In this document: piece by piece, positions 27,287 to 38,150 of the stretch
Position numbering within the stretch: the stretch's first letter is position 1
Layout of the letters: every line of letters begins with the position of its first letter
From: an uncultured virus (IMG/VR IMGVR_UViG_3300032116_000119)
Lineage: Duplodnaviria > Heunggongvirae > Uroviricota > Caudoviricetes
Virus record (IMG/VR): IMGVR_UViG_3300032116_000119
Length of the DNA stretch: 64,000 nt
Strand: one strand, 5' to 3'
Notes under the pieces: model-generated
The model's input: the letters and a program-made list of their open reading frames with translations, nothing else
What the model was told of the DNA's origin: nothing
Database searches by the model: none
Program-made: the position numbers and the translations under genes

Positions 27287-29320
27287 ATGTCAGATTTTTT
27301 TAGTTTTAGACTTCCAGAAGACTTTGTAGAAAAGTATAAGAGTGTTAGCAGTCCATTCGGGTTTAAGGATGCAGCAGAAAACTCTTTGGGAGAAATTACG
27401 TTTATTCGTACTTACTCAAGAATGAAGGAAGATGGAACTAAGGAAAGATGGCACGAAGTTTGTCGTCGTGTAATCGAGGGGATGTATTCAGTTCAAAAAA
27501 ATCATGCCAAAGAAAATCGTCTTCCATGGAATGACTATAAGGCTCAGAAGTCAGCACAAGAAGCATTCGACAGAATGTTTAATCTGAAGTGGACACCACC
27601 AGGAAGAGGCATGTGGGCATTTGGAACTCCAATGACAATGGAAAAAAGGAATTCTGCAGCATTACAAAACTGCGCTATGGTTTCAACAAAAGATCTTGAC
27701 AAGAATGATCCAGGTGCTTTATTCGCCTGGGTAATGGATGCCCTAATGCTTGGTATTGGAGTTGGATTTGATACAGTTGGTCAGGATAAGAATTTTATTA
27801 TTTATTCCCCAACAGAACCAGAACAGGTTTATGAAATACCAGACACTCGTGAAGGTTGGGTAGAGTCGGTGAGAGTTTTAATAAACTCATATCTCAGACC
27901 TAATCAAAACATACAGAAATTTAATTATGACTTAATTAGGCCTCTAGGAGCCCCTATAAAAGGGTTTGGAGGGGTTGCATCAGGACCTGCACCTCTTATT
28001 AGGCTGCATGAGCAGATTGACCGTGTAATAGGCTCCAGGGCTGGAGAAACCCTAGATTCTCGTGCCATTGTAGATCTAGTAAATCTTATTGGAACATGTG
28101 TAGTTTCTGGAAACGTAAGACGCTCTGCAACACTTGCTTTAGGTAGTGCTGGGGACGAAGCGTTTATGAATTTAAAAAACTCTGAGGTATTTCCAGAAAG
28201 AAACTCTTTTGATCCAGAAAACCCAGGATGGGCTTGGATGTCTAATAATTCTATTTCAGCAGAGGTAGGAACAAAGTACGAAGACTATGTAGATTTAATT
28301 ACAGAAAACGGAGAACCAGGGTTTATTTGGCTTGATGTTGCTCGTAATTATGGACGGCTAAAGGATGCGCCAGACGGAAAGGATTATCGTGTAATGGGAT
28401 TTAATCCATGTGCTGAGCAGCCATTGGAGTCATACGAACTATGTACACTTGTAGAAGTGCACTTGAATCGTCACGAATCCAAGGAGGACTTCCTGCGTAC
28501 CCTTAAGTTTGCATATCTTTATGGAAAGACTGTAACACTTGTTCCAACTCATTGGCCACAAACAAACGGTATCATGCAACGTAATCGTCGTATCGGTACA
28601 TCACTCACTGGCATTGCATCATTTGCAGACCAGCATGGCCTGCCAACAGTTCGTGATTGGATGGATGAAGGATACACAACAATTCGTAAATATGATCACT
28701 CCTATTCAGAATGGCTATGTGTTCGTGAATCAATTCGTGTGACAACGGTTAAGCCATCAGGATCAGTTTCAATTCTTTCTGGTGCAACTCCTGGAGTTCA
28801 CTGGGGTCCTGGAGGAAACTTCTTTCTTCGTGCAGTTCGATTTGGAAACACAGATCCAATGATGCACTTGTTCAAAGCAGCAGGGTACACAATTGAAGAT
28901 GACGTAGTATCAGCAAATACATCAGTTGTATATTTTCCAATCAAGTCAGGCCATCCAAGATCTGAAAAGGATGTTACGCTGTTTGAGAAGATTGCTCTTG
29001 CTGCAACTGCTCAAAAGTATTGGTCTGATAATGGTGTTTCTGTAACACTTTCATTTGATAAGGAAACAGAATCAAAGAATGTTGTTCCAGCACTGCACAT
29101 GTACGAGGGACAATTAAAGGCAGTTTCATTCCTTCCAATGGGAAACACTGTTTATCCACAGCAGCCATATACTCAGATTACTGAAGAGCAGTATGAGTCG
29201 TATATTGGCAAATTAAAACATATTGACTTTAGTGCTATTTATGACGGTGTAGATAATCTTGAGGCTCAGGGAGAGTCATACTGCACAACTGACTACTGTG
29301 AAATTAAAATAAACAAGTAG
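27287..29320 (+). CDS. nrdJ: Class II (adenosylcobalamin-dependent) ribonucleoside-triphosphate reductase
   Basis: PPGRG, NCA, GNVRRSA, NPCAEQ, TTVKPSG and C-terminal CTTDYC; no small subunit nearby; start re-called after GAAAGGA SD. Confidence 0.92.
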   Translation: MSDFFSFRLPEDFVEKYKSVSSPFGFKDAAENSLGEITFIRTYSRMKEDGTKERWHEVCRRVIEGMYSVQKNHAKENRLPWNDYKAQKSAQEAFDRMFNLKWTPPGRGMWAFGTPMTMEKRNSAALQNCAMVSTKDLDKNDPGALFAWVMDALMLGIGVGFDTVGQDKNFIIYSPTEPEQVYEIPDTREGWVESVRVLINSYLRPNQNIQKFNYDLIRPLGAPIKGFGGVASGPAPLIRLHEQIDRVIGSRAGETLDSRAIVDLVNLIGTCVVSGNVRRSATLALGSAGDEAFMNLKNSEVFPERNSFDPENPGWAWMSNNSISAEVGTKYEDYVDLITENGEPGFIWLDVARNYGRLKDAPDGKDYRVMGFNPCAEQPLESYELCTLVEVHLNRHESKEDFLRTLKFAYLYGKTVTLVPTHWPQTNGIMQRNRRIGTSLTGIASFADQHGLPTVRDWMDEGYTTIRKYDHSYSEWLCVRESIRVTTVKPSGSVSILSGATPGVHWGPGGNFFLRAVRFGNTDPMMHLFKAAGYTIEDDVVSANTSVVYFPIKSGHPRSEKDVTLFEKIALAATAQKYWSDNGVSVTLSFDKETESKNVVPALHMYEGQLKAVSFLPMGNTVYPQQPYTQITEEQYESYIGKLKHIDFSAIYDGVDNLEAQGESYCTTDYCEIKINK

Positions 29321-29345
29321 TCTTCTGTGGTAAAATAGACTCATT

Positions 29346-32300
29346 ATGTCTAGTCCGTCAAACCTATATGCAGAAAAAGTGTTTTCAGAACACCCAACGG
29401 GGTTGTGGGCATTAGATGATAATGCAGACTACGTTTCTCTTTTATCAGAGGCACAAAGAAATCTTTCTAATTGGACAATTGTTGGCGGTACTCATGAAGC
29501 ATATTCACAGTCAGTAGATGAGCCATTCATAGGTAGTTATGTAGGGAAAATAACAGCAACCCCCACTTCAAGTGAGTCAGCATCAATCATTGCAATAAGC
29601 AATGACATAATGAATCTTCAGGATCTAAACTATTACTTAAGAACATTTTCTGTTGGTGGATATTTTTACTCTAAAAGTTCTTATATTGCAGGATTTGAAA
29701 TAGGATATCAGTATGAAGACACCACAAGTGGACAAATAGTAAATAATTTAAAAAATTATGATACTGTAATAAATAATAGTTGGGTTTTTATATCAGAAAC
29801 ATTTGATATTCCTCCAGATGACATAAACTTTAGATTAGTTTTTAAAATTAATTTTATTGGTGGTTCTGATGAAGCAGATGTATTTTTAGTTAATGGAATA
29901 AGTCTTGGGCAGTGGTCAGAAGAGTTTGCTTCAACTTCTCTTGGAATAACACCAATAGATATTCCGTCAAATATATCAATTGCTCCACAAAAAGGTATTA
30001 TTGCAAAATGTTACGGACTACAAGACCTTGATGCATATTATTTAGTTTCTGATAATATGATTAAAGCAAAAAATTTAAGCATTCCAATGGTATATGGAAC
30101 ATCAAGTTTAACAGCCCTTTACCCAAATGGCTCAAACCCTTCACTAATTATTCCTGGAGTAGGATTCTTAAACGAATCAGGAAGATTTAGAGAATATACT
30201 CTTGAGACTTGGCTTAGAATAAATTCTTATACAAATCAAACAAAAAGAATTATTGGTCCAATTTCATCAGATGATGGTATATATGTAGATGGACCATCAA
30301 TAGGATTAAAAATTGGCTCTAACTATAAAACATATTATGTTGGTGAGTGGACAAGGCCAATGTTGGTACATTTAAGAATTGGTAAAGATGTTATTTCTTT
30401 AGTTATTAATGGTCAGGAAGTAATATCTTTAGAATATGATCCAGACTCTATATCTGTTCCAAATATGCTTAATGAAAATAATAAAGATCAAGACTGGATA
30501 GGTTTTTATGCATATGAAGATATTTATCCAATAGAAATTGACTGTGTCGGTATTTATCCATACGTAGTCGCAACCGCATTAGCAAAAAGAAGATTTGTTT
30601 TTGGTCAAGGCGTTGAAATACCAGAGAATATTAATACATCTTATAGCGGAACATCAGTATTTGTTGATTATGCTTTTGCAGACTATACTTCAAATTATTC
30701 ATATCCAAAAATAGGTGGATGGCAGCAGGCATTTAATGATAATACTTCTATTGTAAATAAATCCTTATCTGTTTCATCTGCCCCTCTTCCCAAAATAGTG
30801 CTATCTTCAAAAACAGAAGATGAATTATTATCAGATTGCAAACTGGTCCAGTCATCTGATTCAGTAAATTTCTTTTCTTTTAGACCTAACACTTCTTGGA
30901 ACAATGTGTCTGGATATCTATTTTTTGAAAACTTTGATTTTTTAAAAGAAACAGTTTCTGCATTTTATGGATGTTTTAGGTTACCACAATCTTCTTCTAC
31001 AAAGCAAACATTGTTTAGAATTGAAAAAGAAAACAGTAGCAGTTATTTTGCAATAGAATTACTTAATAATCAAATATCATATATCATTAATTACGACGGA
31101 GTAATAAAAAATATATACTCTCCTTTAATTGCAGAGCCAGGAGAATTAGTTGATATTGGTTTAAATATACCAGCATTTGTTTCAAGATTTGGAAATCCAG
31201 CAGCCGATTTTTTTGGATCTTTATCTGACTTACGAATGTATGTCGGTGGTAAAAATAATAACACAGAAACTTTTACTGGCAAAATATATAAAATAGGATT
31301 TTGCAGCAAGTATAATTTTCAAAAAATTAGATCTTTGTTTAATGAATTGGGTGTTCCAGTTTGGAACGAAGACTTGTTTTCTGTTTATCAAAATAATCAA
31401 TTAATCAATATAGATGGAGGAATAGATACAACCTCATTACCACCATATGGATCTATAACAGGCACAGCGAATGGTGCAATAAGCGGCGGTGGAGTTTTTG
31501 TTGATGATGAAGATTTTCTTTTAGATCATACAGCAACATATACATTGGTTCCAGGTCAGTTGTTTGATACATATAAACTTAACATATCTGCAAATGCATA
31601 TTGGGAAGACAATATACCATTAACATATTTTGCTGAATCTGTTTTAGATAAAAGGGGAGATCAGTATTTTGATCTTGATTTTATTCAATTCAATATTGAC
31701 TATCCAATACCATCAAAAACAATTGCAATAGAAACTGATCCAGCAGAATGGACATATGCAGAACTTGCAAATGAATACGGTCTTCCAGTTCAAAGAACAT
31801 ATGAATCATTAGATAATTATTTATTTACTGGATATAATGATTATGAAGACTTAAAAAATAAAATTGCAAAAGATTACCGATATGATACGGACGGGGCAAT
31901 TGTAAAAACATATGTTACATTTCAATATACTGAACTAGGAGCAAATCAAACACCATTTTATTTTACAAAGACAGAAAGACCATCTAGAAATGGTATTTTA
32001 ATTCCAAAATCAGATTGGATGACAACAAAATATGAAGTTGTTGATAATATGATTATTTATCCTCCAGCAGGTGTTGATTTTAATGATTTGTCCATTGTTA
32101 CACATATAGATATTAATGTTAAAGATTCTAAAACAAACAATGTTAATATTAAAAAACTTTCTTATGCGTCTCAAGCATTAAATGAATCGGATGCAAGTCC
32201 AATTGGTACTAGATTTGGCACTCCTATTTATCCATATACAAAAACTGGAATTTATTATAATTTTAAAAAGAATAATCCGTTTGCCATCTACACTGGATCA

Positions 32301-33062
32301 TCTCCATATCTTTATCTTACAAAAACCAGCGGTATTCAAATTAAAGGACAGTATGATCCTTTAGTAAATCGTGGGCTGTCTATTCCAATAAATTCTAGTA
32401 GAGCAAATAATTTTAAAGTGATTGCATCACAAATGGCTATAAGATTTGATGGAGACTATTTTCCATACGCTCCAACACAAATATTTGAAATAGAAAGTAA
32501 ATCTTCTAATATAAAATTTTATATGGTTGCAAGCGACCCAAGTGGTAGAAGAGCAAAAATATATGCAATTGATGCAAAAACTGGATTAGTTCAAAACGGC
32601 ATAGGATTCTATTGGAATGGAAAGATTGTTAAAGAGCCAGTTTTAACTCTTAAAGAGTGGGGATTCTTAGGTATTAATTTTGCCGATAGTCTTGATTTTT
32701 CATATTTTGAAGGAGCAATAAGATTAACTGGACCGTTGGTTTTCAACAGCATATCTTATTATCAATCTACTAATCTACAAGAGGTTCAAAATATATCAGA
32801 AAGACCTTGGTTTAGGGTGAAGGTGTTGGCTGGTCAATCTTTAGATTGGGAATTCTGGCATATTGGACCATTTAATTGGAACAAGGTTCTTGTTTTGGCA
32901 GAAACAAGTTATTATGGCGTAAATCCATCAGAAGTTTATAAAAGTTATACTGGAACAAACAAGATAATCGTAGGAGATAATGTTCCAATAAGCGTAGGAA
33001 ACTATGCATATTCATTATATAACGACATCTTCTGGAACAAATTTACTGTTGATCCAGTTTAA
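29346..33062 (+). CDS. Large virion protein (1238 aa), LamG/concanavalin-like beta domains probable
   Basis: P.GLWALDD N-terminus, YTLETWLR...LVINGQEV pattern. Confidence 0.55.
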   Translation: MSSPSNLYAEKVFSEHPTGLWALDDNADYVSLLSEAQRNLSNWTIVGGTHEAYSQSVDEPFIGSYVGKITATPTSSESASIIAISNDIMNLQDLNYYLRTFSVGGYFYSKSSYIAGFEIGYQYEDTTSGQIVNNLKNYDTVINNSWVFISETFDIPPDDINFRLVFKINFIGGSDEADVFLVNGISLGQWSEEFASTSLGITPIDIPSNISIAPQKGIIAKCYGLQDLDAYYLVSDNMIKAKNLSIPMVYGTSSLTALYPNGSNPSLIIPGVGFLNESGRFREYTLETWLRINSYTNQTKRIIGPISSDDGIYVDGPSIGLKIGSNYKTYYVGEWTRPMLVHLRIGKDVISLVINGQEVISLEYDPDSISVPNMLNENNKDQDWIGFYAYEDIYPIEIDCVGIYPYVVATALAKRRFVFGQGVEIPENINTSYSGTSVFVDYAFADYTSNYSYPKIGGWQQAFNDNTSIVNKSLSVSSAPLPKIVLSSKTEDELLSDCKLVQSSDSVNFFSFRPNTSWNNVSGYLFFENFDFLKETVSAFYGCFRLPQSSSTKQTLFRIEKENSSSYFAIELLNNQISYIINYDGVIKNIYSPLIAEPGELVDIGLNIPAFVSRFGNPAADFFGSLSDLRMYVGGKNNNTETFTGKIYKIGFCSKYNFQKIRSLFNELGVPVWNEDLFSVYQNNQLINIDGGIDTTSLPPYGSITGTANGAISGGGVFVDDEDFLLDHTATYTLVPGQLFDTYKLNISANAYWEDNIPLTYFAESVLDKRGDQYFDLDFIQFNIDYPIPSKTIAIETDPAEWTYAELANEYGLPVQRTYESLDNYLFTGYNDYEDLKNKIAKDYRYDTDGAIVKTYVTFQYTELGANQTPFYFTKTERPSRNGILIPKSDWMTTKYEVVDNMIIYPPAGVDFNDLSIVTHIDINVKDSKTNNVNIKKLSYASQALNESDASPIGTRFGTPIYPYTKTGIYYNFKKNNPFAIYTGSSPYLYLTKTSGIQIKGQYDPLVNRGLSIPINSSRANNFKVIASQMAIRFDGDYFPYAPTQIFEIESKSSNIKFYMVASDPSGRRAKIYAIDAKTGLVQNGIGFYWNGKIVKEPVLTLKEWGFLGINFADSLDFSYFEGAIRLTGPLVFNSISYYQSTNLQEVQNISERPWFRVKVLAGQSLDWEFWHIGPFNWNKVLVLAETSYYGVNPSEVYKSYTGTNKIIVGDNVPISVGNYAYSLYNDIFWNKFTVDPV

Positions 33063-33080
33063 TATGGTATACTTATTGTC

Positions 33081-33467
33081 ATGGATTCATTAATAAACCC
33101 AAAAACTGGTAAGCCAATTGTACAAAATGTACGACGTAAAGTAATTGAAAAGAACTATAATTGGGGTCTTTATGTATATAAAAGGTCAAATGGCAAGTGG
33201 TTTACAGACGGACATGGATCGGTTTTAAATATTCCATCTGAAAAGGGAGACATTTCCAAAATTGCAGAACTAAAAAAGGTTGCAATGTATTACGGAGACC
33301 CTGGAGATGGCGAAGCAATTTTTGTTCCAGGCGGGACCAGGGTATCAGAAGAAGAGTATTCTGAGCAAGTAGACAGAATGAAGTCAGGACTTATTCCATC
33401 ACTAAATGACTTGGGTGCTGTACAAGCAGCAAAAGATACAATTGCAAAATATGGAGATGAAGAATAA
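33081..33467 (+). CDS. Hypothetical protein upstream of portal
   Basis: Leaderless start after TGGTATACT at 33065-33073. Confidence 0.7.
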   Translation: MDSLINPKTGKPIVQNVRRKVIEKNYNWGLYVYKRSNGKWFTDGHGSVLNIPSEKGDISKIAELKKVAMYYGDPGDGEAIFVPGGTRVSEEEYSEQVDRMKSGLIPSLNDLGAVQAAKDTIAKYGDEE

Positions 33468-33468
33468 A

Positions 33469-35055
33469 ATGGAAGAATATACAATAAGCGCAAAGATTGA
33501 CGATGCTATTAAAAAGGAAGATCCTTTTTCAAAATCTGATCCATTTGCAAATAATTGGGACACATTAAAAACATTAGATGGCTTAGATGCAAACTTTAAG
33601 CGTAGAACAAGTAGACTTTCTACAAAAGCATTACAGCCAACACAGCAATATACAACAGCAGCGTTGGCAGGAAAAAGCGGTATTGATGGAGCACAATCAA
33701 AAGAAATTAATCCAGGCCTAGTATACGTAAACGGCTATGGAATGTTTGATGTAATCACCCCACCATGGAATCTTTATGAATTGGCAAACTATTATGATAC
33801 ATCTTTTGCAAACCACGCAGCAATTGATGCAAAGGTAGAAAACATTGTTGGTTTGGGATATGAGTTTAAGGTTTCTCCAAGAACAATGCTTAGACTAGAG
33901 GCATCTGAAGATAATAGTGCAACACAAAAAGCAAGAAAGAGAATTGAAAGAACAAAGATAGAACTTCGTGATTGGCTAGAGTCTCTTAATGACGATGACT
34001 CATTTACTGCTACTATGGAAAAGGTTTATACAGACCTACAATCAACTGGAAATGGCTATTTAGAAATAGGAAGAACTACTCGTGGAGAGATCGGATATGT
34101 TGGTCACATTCCAGCAACAACCATGAGAGTAAGAAGGTTAAAGGATGGATATGTTCAGATTATTGGAAACAAAATTGTTTATTTCCGTAATTTTGGAGCA
34201 AGAAATCCAAACCCTCTTACTACTGATTCTAGACCAAATGAAATTATTCACTTTAAGCAATACTCGCCATTAAACACATTCTACGGAGTTCCAGACATTA
34301 TGTCTGCTATTAACTCACTCCACGGTGACTCTCTGGCATCACAATACAATATTGACTACTTTGCAAATAAGGCTGTACCAAGATACGTTGTCACACTAAA
34401 GGGTGCAAAACTTTCTGGAGACGCAGAAGACAAGATGTTTAGATTCTTACAGACAAATCTTCGTGGCCAATCACACAGAACACTATACATCCCACTACCA
34501 GGTGATACTGAAAACAACAAGGTAGAATTTAAGATGGAGCCAATTGAAGACGGAATACAAGACGGATCATTTAAAGAATATAGAAAACAAAACCGTGACG
34601 ACATTCTGGTAGCACATCAAGTTCCACTTTCAAAATTAGGAGGTGGCGATTCTGGTTCTATTGCAGCAGCACTTGCACAGGATCGCACCTTTAAAGAGCA
34701 GGTAGCAAGACCAGCACAAAGACAATTAGAAAAAATGATTAACAAGATTATTCGTGAAAAGACAGACATTGTTGAGTTTGTATTTAACGAGTTGACCCTA
34801 ACTGATGAAATTGCACAATCTCAGATTCTTGAGAGATATGTAAAGAATCAGATCATAACTCCAAACGAAGCAAGAGTTGTTTTGGATATGCCACAGCGAG
34901 AAGGTGGGGATGAGGTTCTCCAACTCAAGCCAGAGGCAGCAGCGGAAGCAACAACCAACAGATCAAGAAGTGCAGAGAGAACAAACAACAACTCTGACAG
35001 TTCGTCTACAGTTGTTGGTAGAAACCCAAAGGGCGAAGGTAGAAAAACTCCCTAA
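33469..35055 (+). CDS. Portal protein
   Basis: TGNGYLEI, EIIHFK...FYGVP, YFANKAVP, HQVP..KLG, ITPNEAR motifs. Confidence 0.9.
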   Translation: MEEYTISAKIDDAIKKEDPFSKSDPFANNWDTLKTLDGLDANFKRRTSRLSTKALQPTQQYTTAALAGKSGIDGAQSKEINPGLVYVNGYGMFDVITPPWNLYELANYYDTSFANHAAIDAKVENIVGLGYEFKVSPRTMLRLEASEDNSATQKARKRIERTKIELRDWLESLNDDDSFTATMEKVYTDLQSTGNGYLEIGRTTRGEIGYVGHIPATTMRVRRLKDGYVQIIGNKIVYFRNFGARNPNPLTTDSRPNEIIHFKQYSPLNTFYGVPDIMSAINSLHGDSLASQYNIDYFANKAVPRYVVTLKGAKLSGDAEDKMFRFLQTNLRGQSHRTLYIPLPGDTENNKVEFKMEPIEDGIQDGSFKEYRKQNRDDILVAHQVPLSKLGGGDSGSIAAALAQDRTFKEQVARPAQRQLEKMINKIIREKTDIVEFVFNELTLTDEIAQSQILERYVKNQIITPNEARVVLDMPQREGGDEVLQLKPEAAAEATTNRSRSAERTNNNSDSSSTVVGRNPKGEGRKTP

Positions 35056-35110
35056 TGTCCGATATGTCCAGAATGTGATACTTGTGTAAAATGGAGGGTA
35101 TAATATAGTG

Positions 35111-36445
35111 GTGACCAATATATCTAAAGCCCATTGGAACTCAGATGGGGAAAATCTTCGTCTATCAATGCCTTTTAGCAAGGTAGATAAGGAAAGACGT
35201 ATCGTTTCTGGTTTTGCATCACTTGACAACCTAGATAAACAGATGGACATAGTTACCGCAGAAGCATCTATGAAGGCTTTTGCAAAGTTTAGAGGAAATA
35301 TTCGTGAGATGCACCAGCCTCTAGCAGTTGGAAAAATGGTTAACTTTAAAGAAGATAAGTATTTTGATCCAGACTCAAAAAAATTCTATAGCGGAGTTTT
35401 TGTATCTGCTTATGTTTCAAAAGGTGCACAGGATACATGGGAAAAGGTTTTAGACGGCACACTAACAGGATTCTCTATTGGTGGCAAAATGAATAAGTGG
35501 GATGATGGCTATGATGAAAAGTCAGACTCACAAATTAGAATTATTAAAGATTATGATTTAATTGAATTAAGTCTAGTAGATTCTCCAGCAAATCAATTTG
35601 CAAATATTGTTTCAGTTGAAAAAGTTGACGGCGTAGACGTAATTAAAGGCGATTCAACTGTTCTAGAAAATGTTTTTTATGACAAAGAAAACGGTATTGT
35701 AATATCATCTGAAAACGAATCAGAAGTTAGTCCAATTACTGGAGAACAAATGGAAAATATAGGGTTCGTTGAAAAAACGGATAATGAAAAAACAACAATG
35801 ATAAAATTCTTAGTCGATAGTGCTAAAGGCATTAATACTTCTAAGATGAACAAGGAGGTACAACATATGACAAAATCAAAGACACAAGTTGAAAAAACAG
35901 ATGTAGTTGAAGATGTTGTGGTCGCTCCAGAGGCAGATGCATCAGTTGCAGAAGTTACTGAACAAGTTGCTAAGGCAGAAGAGGTTGAGACAACTGAAGT
36001 TGTTAATACCACAGAAGCGGTAGCAGAAGAAATTACTAAGGCAGAAGATGCTGAAGCAATTGAAACAGTAACCGAGGCAGTTGTAGAAGTATCTAAATCA
36101 GAAGAAGTAATTGCTGAGGCAGTTACCGAAATGAAAAATACTCTAGAATCAGCCTTTAGCGATCTAGTGTCAACAGTAAAGGCTTTGCAGGCAGAAGTAG
36201 AACTTCTTAAGTCTACAAAGGTCGATGTTGATACTGTTAAGGATTCATTTGATGCCGTTGCAAAAGATATTGCAGCAGTAACAACTGAATTTAATGAATT
36301 TGGAAAACGAGTAGACGCTGTGGAAGCAGACACCGCATTCCGAAAGTCTGGAGATATCGGCGATATCTTCCAGTCTCAACCTGAAATGGTTGAAAAATCC
36401 CTATGGGGCGGTAGTTTCCTCAAAACAGCCGATCTATTCAAATGA
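35111..36445 (+). CDS. Prohead protease fused to acidic scaffold
   Basis: VSGFAS...REMH...GFSIGG...ELSLVDSPAN, then an E/V/A-rich coiled tail. Confidence 0.88.
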   Translation: MTNISKAHWNSDGENLRLSMPFSKVDKERRIVSGFASLDNLDKQMDIVTAEASMKAFAKFRGNIREMHQPLAVGKMVNFKEDKYFDPDSKKFYSGVFVSAYVSKGAQDTWEKVLDGTLTGFSIGGKMNKWDDGYDEKSDSQIRIIKDYDLIELSLVDSPANQFANIVSVEKVDGVDVIKGDSTVLENVFYDKENGIVISSENESEVSPITGEQMENIGFVEKTDNEKTTMIKFLVDSAKGINTSKMNKEVQHMTKSKTQVEKTDVVEDVVVAPEADASVAEVTEQVAKAEEVETTEVVNTTEAVAEEITKAEDAEAIETVTEAVVEVSKSEEVIAEAVTEMKNTLESAFSDLVSTVKALQAEVELLKSTKVDVDTVKDSFDAVAKDIAAVTTEFNEFGKRVDAVEADTAFRKSGDIGDIFQSQPEMVEKSLWGGSFLKTADLFK

Positions 36446-36468
36446 ACAAATCACTAGGAGGTGACAAT

Positions 36469-37602
36469 ATGTCAGAAGAAATAATCAAAAACCAGCCAGG
36501 CGCTGCAGGAGATCTAGGTGGAACAGCACCAGGACTTTATCAGGGCCAAGGTGCTTTCGCATCAGGTGGTATTGGTGGAGTAACAAATCCAGGTGCAGAT
36601 ACACTTGGTAACATTCCAACAGCAACGCTAGGAACAACTAGCGGAGCAAATGCTGTTAACCCTAGTGGTTCAGCGGCTTCTGGAATTTTGCGCCCCGAGC
36701 AGGCTCGTCGTTTTATCGACTATGTTTGGGACGCTACAGTGTTAGCAAAGGATGGCCGTCGTGTAACAATGAAGGCTAACTCAATGGAACTTGAGAAGAT
36801 TAACGTAGGTGAGCGTGTAATTCGTGCAGCAGCGCAAGCAGTTGGTAACTACACAAACACAGGCGCAACCTTCTCCAAGGTCGAACTTACTACCAAGAAG
36901 ATTCGTCTTGATTGGGAAGTAACTGCAGAATCTTTGGAAGATGGTGTCGAAGGTGATGCTCTAGAAGATCACTTGGTACGCTTGATGACCAACGCATTCG
37001 CAAATGATATCGAAGATCTCGCTATCAATGGTGATGGTACAACAGGAGCATTCTTGTCTATCATGCCAGGCTTTATCAACAAGGTAAAGACAAACGGAGA
37101 TGCACATGAGTCAGTAGTGACCGTAGCAGATAATGCTTGGACACCTAGCGTCATGCAGGGCATCATCAATGCAATGCCACGTAAGTACCGTGCACTTAAG
37201 AACAATCTTAAGTTCTACGCAGGTACAGACGCATTCGGCGGTATCGTTAAGAATAACGGTACACTCGCTGATGCTGTTGCTGAGGCGTTTGCTGGACAAG
37301 TTCCAGGAAGCACTCAAGCAAACCGTCAGAACTATCTTGATGGTATCGGACAGACCTTCGGTGGAGCACGTACAACTCGTGTTCTCGGAATCGAAGTTCA
37401 GGAAGTTCCTTACTATCCAGAAGGTTATATCGATTTGACATTCCCTGCCAACCGTGTATGGGGATTCCAAAGAGATATTACTGTAAACCGTGAGTACGTA
37501 GCGAAGAAGGACACAATTGAATACACAGTATTCGTCCGCTTCGGTATTCAATGGGAAGAAGAGGATGCAATTGCATTCGCTGACGCTGCTGCAGATGCAT
37601 AA
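36469..37602 (+). CDS. Major capsid protein (HK97 fold)
   Basis: GILRPEQARRFI, FANDIEDLAINGD; strong AGGAGG SD; biased codon use; position after protease. Confidence 0.9.
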   Translation: MSEEIIKNQPGAAGDLGGTAPGLYQGQGAFASGGIGGVTNPGADTLGNIPTATLGTTSGANAVNPSGSAASGILRPEQARRFIDYVWDATVLAKDGRRVTMKANSMELEKINVGERVIRAAAQAVGNYTNTGATFSKVELTTKKIRLDWEVTAESLEDGVEGDALEDHLVRLMTNAFANDIEDLAINGDGTTGAFLSIMPGFINKVKTNGDAHESVVTVADNAWTPSVMQGIINAMPRKYRALKNNLKFYAGTDAFGGIVKNNGTLADAVAEAFAGQVPGSTQANRQNYLDGIGQTFGGARTTRVLGIEVQEVPYYPEGYIDLTFPANRVWGFQRDITVNREYVAKKDTIEYTVFVRFGIQWEEEDAIAFADAAADA

Positions 37603-37623
37603 TCTGTAACAGTAACCTTTAAT

Positions 37624-37655
37624 GGGGGGCGGGAGTTCACTCTCCTGTCCCCCTT
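37624..37655 (+). terminator. GC-rich terminator hairpin after the capsid gene
   Basis: GGGGGGCGGGAG-TTCAC-TCTCCTGTCCCCC-TT. Confidence 0.7.
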
Positions 37656-37692
37656 AATACTTTAGTGATATAATACAAACAAGGAGGATATC

Positions 37693-38148
37693 ATGGAAAA
37701 TAATGAATATAATAAGCCATTCGTAACAGAAGATGTACAAGAGCCAGTAGTTGTTGAAACACCAGCAGAACCAATTGTAGAACCAGTTGTAGAGCCTGTT
37801 GTAGAAGCACCAGCACCTGTTGTAGAGCCAGTCGTAGAACCTGTTGTAGAGCCAGTCGTAGAACCTGTTGTAGAGCCAGTTGCAGAACCAGTTCAAGCGC
37901 TAGGATTTACAGAAACAGGCGCTATTGGATCAATGGCAGCAGATGGTCCAAAGAAAACAACTAAGCCAGAACATCAAAGCGCAGACAAGTTAGCAATCTA
38001 CTCAACAAAGAATGTTCGTTGGGAAGAGGTAGGGTCTATCTCTAGAGGTTACAATATTGTAACAAAAGAGCAAGCAGATAAATGGTTAACTCGTGCACAT
38101 GTTAGAATTGCAACACCAGAAGAAGTAAAAAAGGCTTTTGGTAATTAA
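37693..38148 (+). CDS. Protein with acidic (PVVE)n repeat and small C-terminal domain
   Basis: AAGGAGG SD, own promoter at 37666-37674, EPVV tandem repeats. Confidence 0.7.
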   Translation: MENNEYNKPFVTEDVQEPVVVETPAEPIVEPVVEPVVEAPAPVVEPVVEPVVEPVVEPVVEPVAEPVQALGFTETGAIGSMAADGPKKTTKPEHQSADKLAIYSTKNVRWEEVGSISRGYNIVTKEQADKWLTRAHVRIATPEEVKKAFGN

Positions 38149-38150
38149 GT

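Noticed and set aside
37654..37896. Minus-strand ORF with WLYNRFYD repeats resembling a RiPP precursor
   Set aside because: Antisense shadow of the PVVE repeat gene, which has a promoter and SD on the plus strand.
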